The notes beneath the pieces are model-generated. The model searched no databases and was not told the DNA's origin. It saw nothing but the letters and a program-made list of their open reading frames with translations. Below are positions 58,284 to 64,000 of a stretch of 64,000 nt of DNA, piece by piece. Position 1 is the stretch's first letter. Each line of letters begins with the position of its first letter. Where the stretch lies: assembly GCA_965217585.1 (NCBI GenBank), contig OZ244561.1, positions 1,216,001 through 1,280,000 on the forward strand, given 5' to 3'. The translations under genes were made by a program, and so were the position numbers. This stretch comes from Candidatus Latescibacterota bacterium. Lineage in GTDB: Bacteria > Latescibacterota > UBA2968 > UBA8231.

Positions 58284-60020
58284 ATGAGCAAATTCCGCCA
58301 AAAGACAAAACTCGCCGTCTGGGGCTTGCTCGGCGGCCTAGCGCTCGCCGCCTGTGGCTCCGACGAGGGAGCCATAAAGCACGTCCCTCGCAACCGCACC
58401 CTCATCCTCGGCCTGCCGCAGATGCGGGACTACGACTCATTTAATCCCTTTATCGTCGGCACCCAATCCCCGGGCTTCGACTACCTGTTTGAGCCGCTCT
58501 ACTTCTACAACGCGTACGTAGAAAAAGACCACGTCATACCCTGGATCGCCGAAGGTCACGAATACAACGCCGACTACACGGAAGTGACGATCCACATTCG
58601 CAAAGGGGTGGCCTGGAGCGATGGGCGGCCTTGGACCGCCCACGATCTCAAGTTCACCATTGACATGCTCAAGGCCCACGCCCCGGAACTGGCCTTTTCC
58701 ACCGACATGGACACCTGGGTCGCCGCAGTCGAAGTTCCGGATTCGCTGACGGCGCGGTTCGTACTCAAAGCGCCCAACCCCCGCTTTGTGTTCTCCTATT
58801 TTACCTACAACTTCGGCAACGGCATCCACATCGTGCCCAAGCACATCTGGGAAGGCCAGGATCCGACTTCGTTCAAAAACCTCGACTTGGCCCGTGGCCT
58901 GCCGGTCGTCAGCGGCCCCTACCGCCTCGCCCTCTCCGGGCCTCAGCAACGGCTCTGGGATCTGCGCGAGGACTGGTGGGCCGCCCAAATCGGCTTTCAG
59001 CGCCTGCCGAGAGTCGAGCGCATCATCTACCTGCCCCAAGGCGACGAGAACAAGTGGGTCCAGCTCATCCTCGCCAACCAGATGGATCAGTGCATCGACT
59101 TGCGGCCCTCCAACATCAAGACCCTCCTCGACCAAAACCCCAACGTCACCACGTGGTCGGGCCGCCAGCCGCCCTATGGCTATCGGGACTGGTGGCCGCC
59201 GGCTCTCGGCTTTAACAACCTAGAGCCACCCTTCGACGACCCGGACATTCGCTGGGCCGTAAACTACGCCATTGACCGCGACCAGCTCGTGGCCATCGGC
59301 TGGCAGGGCGCTGGCGAGTACACCCTGTTGCCGTTCCCCCACTTCCCACCGCTGATGCACTATATCAACCAAGTTCAGGATCTGCTAGCAAAGTATCCAG
59401 TGGGGAAACACGACCTAGCCCAGACCGCAGCCATCATGGAGCGCAAGGGCTGGAGCAGAGATGCGGAAGGTATGTGGCAGCAGAACGGCGAGCGCCTGAA
59501 AATTCCCGTCGTCGTCTTTCCCTCCCTCTTCCAAGACTTCACGCCCGTACTCGTCGAGCAACTGCGCCGCGCGGGTTTCGACTCCTCCTTCCGCATGTTC
59601 TCCGACGCCTATACCCGCATGACCCAAGGTACGGCCCGCGCCTTTGTCATGGGCAACGGCGGCTCGGTGCGCGACCCGTACTTCACCCTCCGGCTCTACC
59701 ACAGCCGCTACGTCCAACCCACCGGCACGGCCACTCCGTATTTCTGGCGCTGGCGCAACGCGGACTTCGACCACTTGGTTGATCAGATGGGCCAGACCGC
59801 ACCCGACGATCCAGCGCTCGTGCCGCTGTTTCGCCAAGCCCTTGAGATCTGGCTGGCCGAATTGCCGGCCATTCCCCTATTGCAATGGTTCCACCGCATT
59901 CCCCACAACCAAACCTATTGGACAAACTGGCCCTCGGCCGAAAACCCCTACATGAACAGCGCCTACTGGGTGCGTTCGTTTTTGATCGTGCTGTTGGGAT
60001 TGGAACCGGCGCAGCCTTGA
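58284..60020 (+). CDS. ABC transporter substrate-binding lipoprotein, family 5 (Opp/Dpp-like, possibly oligosaccharide)
   Basis: LAAC lipobox, IRKGVAWSDGRPWTAHDLKFT, PFDDPDIRWAVNYAIDR. Confidence 0.92.
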   Translation: MSKFRQKTKLAVWGLLGGLALAACGSDEGAIKHVPRNRTLILGLPQMRDYDSFNPFIVGTQSPGFDYLFEPLYFYNAYVEKDHVIPWIAEGHEYNADYTEVTIHIRKGVAWSDGRPWTAHDLKFTIDMLKAHAPELAFSTDMDTWVAAVEVPDSLTARFVLKAPNPRFVFSYFTYNFGNGIHIVPKHIWEGQDPTSFKNLDLARGLPVVSGPYRLALSGPQQRLWDLREDWWAAQIGFQRLPRVERIIYLPQGDENKWVQLILANQMDQCIDLRPSNIKTLLDQNPNVTTWSGRQPPYGYRDWWPPALGFNNLEPPFDDPDIRWAVNYAIDRDQLVAIGWQGAGEYTLLPFPHFPPLMHYINQVQDLLAKYPVGKHDLAQTAAIMERKGWSRDAEGMWQQNGERLKIPVVVFPSLFQDFTPVLVEQLRRAGFDSSFRMFSDAYTRMTQGTARAFVMGNGGSVRDPYFTLRLYHSRYVQPTGTATPYFWRWRNADFDHLVDQMGQTAPDDPALVPLFRQALEIWLAELPAIPLLQWFHRIPHNQTYWTNWPSAENPYMNSAYWVRSFLIVLLGLEPAQP

Positions 60021-60030
60021 GATAGGTACT

Positions 60031-60231
60031 TCACTCGGCGTGTTGCGATAGAAGGGCTCTCACTGAAGGAACCAACGCATTGGGGATTTCCATCACCGTT
60101 TGCGTTGTGTCCTCCCAAACGGCCTCATCTTCCGCCACGGCCTCTTCCTCCGTTTGCGATTTGTAATGCTGGAGGAGACGTTGGACACGTTCCTCGTTCC
60201 AACCATCCGGAAACCTAGTCTCATTTTTCAT
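60031..60231 (-). CDS. Small hypothetical (antitoxin-like) protein
   Basis: FPDGWNEERVQRLLQHY...EEEAVAEDE...MEIPNALVPSVRALL. Confidence 0.65.
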   Translation of the reverse strand: MKNETRFPDGWNEERVQRLLQHYKSQTEEEAVAEDEAVWEDTTQTVMEIPNALVPSVRALLSQHAE

Positions 60232-60236
60232 CTTCC

Positions 60237-62204
60237 TCATTTGATGTGCAACAGCGGCTGCCGGTACAGTTGGGAGCCGACGCGCAAACGCGCCCAATAG
60301 ACCCCGGAGGCCACCGGACGCCCCTGGTCGTCGCGGGCATCCCACCCGGCTAGATAGCGACCCACCCCCCGGCCGCCGGTCAGTTGGCGCACCAATTGGC
60401 CATCGACTCCGTAAATGGACAAGGCATAATCCGCCTCGACCGGCAGGATGAAGGGAATTCGCGTGAAGCTGTTGAACGGATTGGGGTAATTGGCCAACAG
60501 AGCGGCCTTGTCGGGGGTGGTTTGTTCCACCTCTCCCACGGCCGTGGGGACGACCGCGCCGGGCAAATATTGAGACAGTGCGGCACCGCTGATGATGTGG
60601 GCTTCCCCTGCGTTTTCGCGTTGATTGTCGGGGCCATCGCCGGCCATGCCGTTGGGGATGGCGTCCATCCGCCCGTCGCCATCCATATCGCCGCTGGCCC
60701 CCCAATAGGCCGAAAAATCGATCGGGTCGGGTGCTTCAATCCACACGACAGGTACTGCGGGGTCGGCCAAATCGATCTCGTGCGGCAGATCGGGGCCGCC
60801 GGCCAGCACCGCGAAACCACCAGCCAAGCGCCGCTTGAGCGGCCCCTCGTCGCCGGGCACGCCGACAAAGAGATCGTCGTACCCGTCGCCGTGGATATCG
60901 CCAGCAGCTAAGGCGTCGCCAGTAATGGCATTGGGGCGGGCACCGTAGATAACAGTAATGTCGGCCGGCGGCGCGGCCATATCCAGCCGCTGTCCGCGCC
61001 GCTGGGGACCGCCGTACACCACGTACACCTCGCCGGCGTCGGTGCGGCTATTGCCCGGACCGTCGGCCCGGTACGCGCCGATGAATAGGTCTTGGATGCC
61101 GTTGCCGTCGATATCGGCCAAGACGAATTCCTCGCCCAGCCGGTCGGGCGAGTCCCCGCCGCCATCGGCACCGTAAATGACGGTCAGATCAACGGGCGGA
61201 TCCCCGGCTAAATCAATGGCCGCGGGCCGCTGGGGACCGCCGTACACCACGTACATTTCCCCGGCGTTTTCGCGCTGGTTTTCGGGGCCATCCCCAGCGC
61301 CGCCGGTGCGATGGTACGCATTGCGCAAGGTGCCGAAAGCCGCCGCGCCAATGGCGATGTCGTCGTACCCGTCGCCATCAAAGTCGCCAGCAACCACGGT
61401 CGAACCGGCGTGGTCTAGGGCATCGATGCCGTAGATGATACTCAAGGGGTGTTCCGCAGCCACCAGATCGATAGTAGCACCCGAATCTAGTGGGCCGTAG
61501 AGGACGTACACCCGTCCCGTCTCAGCGGCCCCCATCACCCCCGAGGCCCGATCGGCCCCCACCACCGCATCCCGGTGGCCATCGCCGTCAAAATCGCCGG
61601 CAGTCATCCACACCCCCAAGCGGTTGTCGCGTTCAGCGCCGATAACGGTGCTCACCCCCTCCGGCCAAGGTCGTTGCGCCAAATCCAAGCGCCTCCCTGC
61701 GGCCCGCAACTGAGCAATGAGTTCGGCCGAGAAAATATAGAGCTTGCCGGCGTTGATGCGCTCGGGAGCGTCGGCGTAAAAAGCGCCCACCAAAAGATCG
61801 GCGCGCCCGTCGCCCATGAGGTCGGCCACATGGGTCTTGATCCCGAAAAGGTCGCGCCGGGCCTCGCCATATAGGGTGACCACATCGCCGGAGTCGGCGG
61901 CCAAGTCTAGGCCACCCCCCGAGGGTATAGTGTTGAAGCAAATGGCCACTTCGCCAGCGTTGGAGCGATCGTTGGCGGGGCCATCGCCGGCCATGGCCGA
62001 AATCACCAGATCGTCGCGCCCGTCGCCATCGAGATCACCGGTGGTAATAGGCGTGCCGAATTCGGCATCATTGACGTCGGGGTTGTACACTGTGAACTGG
62101 CCCGTTTGAGCGGTATCGGCCAGATCCCACACGTGGACGATTTGGGCCGAGACCGGGATGGCCAGACAGCACAGGACCGACGACAGGATGGCCGCGTATT
62201 TCAT
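60237..62204 (-). CDS. FG-GAP (integrin-alpha-like) repeat protein with T9SS-like C-terminal domain
   Basis: About 7 GDxDGDGxDD repeats, AGEVYVVYG, NYPNPFN...ASGVY. Confidence 0.9.
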   Translation of the reverse strand: MKYAAILSSVLCCLAIPVSAQIVHVWDLADTAQTGQFTVYNPDVNDAEFGTPITTGDLDGDGRDDLVISAMAGDGPANDRSNAGEVAICFNTIPSGGGLDLAADSGDVVTLYGEARRDLFGIKTHVADLMGDGRADLLVGAFYADAPERINAGKLYIFSAELIAQLRAAGRRLDLAQRPWPEGVSTVIGAERDNRLGVWMTAGDFDGDGHRDAVVGADRASGVMGAAETGRVYVLYGPLDSGATIDLVAAEHPLSIIYGIDALDHAGSTVVAGDFDGDGYDDIAIGAAAFGTLRNAYHRTGGAGDGPENQRENAGEMYVVYGGPQRPAAIDLAGDPPVDLTVIYGADGGGDSPDRLGEEFVLADIDGNGIQDLFIGAYRADGPGNSRTDAGEVYVVYGGPQRRGQRLDMAAPPADITVIYGARPNAITGDALAAGDIHGDGYDDLFVGVPGDEGPLKRRLAGGFAVLAGGPDLPHEIDLADPAVPVVWIEAPDPIDFSAYWGASGDMDGDGRMDAIPNGMAGDGPDNQRENAGEAHIISGAALSQYLPGAVVPTAVGEVEQTTPDKAALLANYPNPFNSFTRIPFILPVEADYALSIYGVDGQLVRQLTGGRGVGRYLAGWDARDDQGRPVASGVYWARLRVGSQLYRQPLLHIK

Positions 62205-62305
62205 GGAAATTCTCGGCGAAAAACTTGGCGAATTACTGCATATTCCCCGACTACGCCCGATCAGGCTCCGCTTTGACAAGCCCGGAACCAAGTCTGTCAT
62301 CGCTC

Positions 62306-63913
62306 CTATTCCGATCTCTGTAACCGACTGTCGATTTCATCCATCATGTAACGACATATAGCCTCGACTGTGTGGTCCACTTCAGCGTTTTGGCCGTCGA
62401 GTTCTGAATAAGGAATGCGGTAGTCTATGTCCGTAATGCGCTTTCCGTCAATCACTACCTCAAACGAGAATTTTTCTCCGCTCAGCTTCCATACAACTGA
62501 CAGCTCCAAGTCGAAACCATGGTTCCCTATCCCTATGTATCTATAGAAGCGGTACTTCGCTCCTAGCTCGACTTGCTGCTCATCGCTAAGTTCAAAACCC
62601 GGACTCAATAAGTATTTTTCCTTTGTACTTCCCCATTGGTCGGCTCCGAACACGTCCCCGGATACGCCTCCACTACTACCAAGTCGTGCATACTTCTCCG
62701 GCAAGTAACGATCAAACAGCTCGAAGCCTTGCCGTTCACATAGCCTGTCTAGCTTCTCTAATATCGGTTTAACATACTGAAGGACTATCTGATCCAGCAC
62801 TTCAACGTCAGAGTTATTCGATGCCGGCCCTCTTCTCTTTTGAATAAAGACGTCCATTTCTTTATCCATATCATCGGGTTCGCGAATCGATTCTCCCTTC
62901 GCAGCCCGAATCGCCAGTTCAAGCGACCATAAGACGTTTTCCAGCATGAATTGGGCAAGGGGCAACATGCGACCTACATCGGCGTTCTGGAGCCCGCCGA
63001 TGTAGCGGTCCCGGTCGTCGCTCTTGATCACAATGGGCGGCAGGTTGTTCCGAAGCAAAACGTAGTTGGCAAGCAGCCGTGCGGTGCGCCCGTTCCCATC
63101 ATCGAATGGATGGATGCGGAGAAAACTCCAATGCGACTCAGCCAGAAACAACGGCAGAGGATAGGCATTCCGCTCCAAGTCACGCCGAAAATCACGGGTC
63201 CATTCCTCCATTAATGAGGGCGTTTCCTCGGGTTCAGCGAATCGATGCAGTTCTCCGGTCGCCGTCTGCACGTGATTCGGCTGTGTCTTGTATTGGCCCG
63301 GAATAATGCGCTTCTGAGTCGGTTGGCCATCCGGCGTCTCTGCGTAGCTCCAGAATGGCTCTTTGAGGAGGACTTGGTTTAGCTGTCTTATATCGCTCTC
63401 CCCAATAATCCGTTCCTCTCCAGCGAGGGATCGCGTATAGTCGATCGCAACATCGTGCGCCTTCATCTCCTCGTAGTCCCGCATCGGGTGCCCGCCAGCC
63501 GTGCGACCGTGGATGAGCAGTAATTCGGTCTCGTGATAGGTCAGCGTATTGCCTTCGATATGATTGCTGTTATAGTTCCATTCGAGTCTGAGTTTTCTCC
63601 AAAGTCGTTCGTTGTCAGCGCTCTTCATACCTTCGCGCCGCTCGTGCCATTCCGCAATCGCCGCCTCTAAATCCGCTAGGCGTTCAAAGAGGTGAACGTG
63701 CTCAGTGGTGAGGTTTGGGATGTTGATACCTAGTGAGCGGGATTCGGCGATCCAATGGGCCATTCGCTCTCTGACCCCGGCATCGGCTTCAAGCCCAGAA
63801 AGCGCATTCGCGTCGAGCGTGTACCGTCCGAGCTGCGGATGCTCGACGATAATCCGATCTGCGGACTCGACTACCTCTGCTATATCCCCAGTGATAGGAC
63901 AGTTGCGCTTCAT
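62306..63913 (-). CDS. Fic family protein
   Basis: SNHIEGN, HPFDDGNGRTAR canonical Fic motif. Confidence 0.93.
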   Translation of the reverse strand: MKRNCPITGDIAEVVESADRIIVEHPQLGRYTLDANALSGLEADAGVRERMAHWIAESRSLGINIPNLTTEHVHLFERLADLEAAIAEWHERREGMKSADNERLWRKLRLEWNYNSNHIEGNTLTYHETELLLIHGRTAGGHPMRDYEEMKAHDVAIDYTRSLAGEERIIGESDIRQLNQVLLKEPFWSYAETPDGQPTQKRIIPGQYKTQPNHVQTATGELHRFAEPEETPSLMEEWTRDFRRDLERNAYPLPLFLAESHWSFLRIHPFDDGNGRTARLLANYVLLRNNLPPIVIKSDDRDRYIGGLQNADVGRMLPLAQFMLENVLWSLELAIRAAKGESIREPDDMDKEMDVFIQKRRGPASNNSDVEVLDQIVLQYVKPILEKLDRLCERQGFELFDRYLPEKYARLGSSGGVSGDVFGADQWGSTKEKYLLSPGFELSDEQQVELGAKYRFYRYIGIGNHGFDLELSVVWKLSGEKFSFEVVIDGKRITDIDYRIPYSELDGQNAEVDHTVEAICRYMMDEIDSRLQRSE

Positions 63914-63929
63914 AAATCCAACTCCTTCA

Positions 63930-64000
63930 CTGATGTTACGCAGTTTTTGTCATGCCTGCGAAAGCAGGCATCCAGATTACTCCTCGGCGGTTCGGGCTTC
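63930..64000. mobile_element. MITE end plus REP-like hairpin (continues past the window)
   Basis: ctgatgttacgca TIR followed by atgcctgc-gaaa-gcaggcat. Confidence 0.6.

Noticed and set aside
1-64000. tRNA or rRNA genes, including tRNA integration targets at island borders
   Set aside because: No cloverleaf/T-loop or rRNA signature recognised by eye; a tRNAscan/Infernal run would be needed to exclude them fully.

Overview
High-GC bacterial chromosomal window. The gene content (phytanoyl-CoA dioxygenases, amidohydrolases, Gfo/Idh/MocA enzymes, FlgD/T9SS-like C-terminal-domain proteins, a secreted ankyrin protein) suggests an FCB-group organism such as Ca. Latescibacterota, possibly host-associated; this placement is inference. 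Ordinary catabolic and transport genes are interrupted by two accessory islands. Island 1 (~10.8-17.7 kb) holds a Cre-like tyrosine recombinase. It has five directly oriented 11-6-11 bp sites sharing a TTATCGG(T/G)AGT arm, which separate single cargo genes (nuclease-like, ankyrin, small ORF, lipoprotein, UDG-like). A perfect 13-8-13 loxP-architecture palindrome lies just upstream of the recombinase. Together these form a candidate integron-like cassette system that uses neither IntI nor attC, and it is the main finding. Island 2 (~25.3-33.7 kb) has an hsdS remnant, an AlbA/HATPase protein, an orphan antitoxin, secreted hypotheticals, IS5/IS630/IS256 elements, a MITE and HEPN-like genes. At 40.5-58 kb a co-oriented cell-envelope cluster contains two paralogous ~900-aa putative outer-membrane proteins, three FlgD-tail proteins, a TPR protein and a PPIase. 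Several genes at 4-7 kb are deletion-scarred. No rRNA, tRNA or CRISPR array was recognised. All calls come from motif reading, not database searches.
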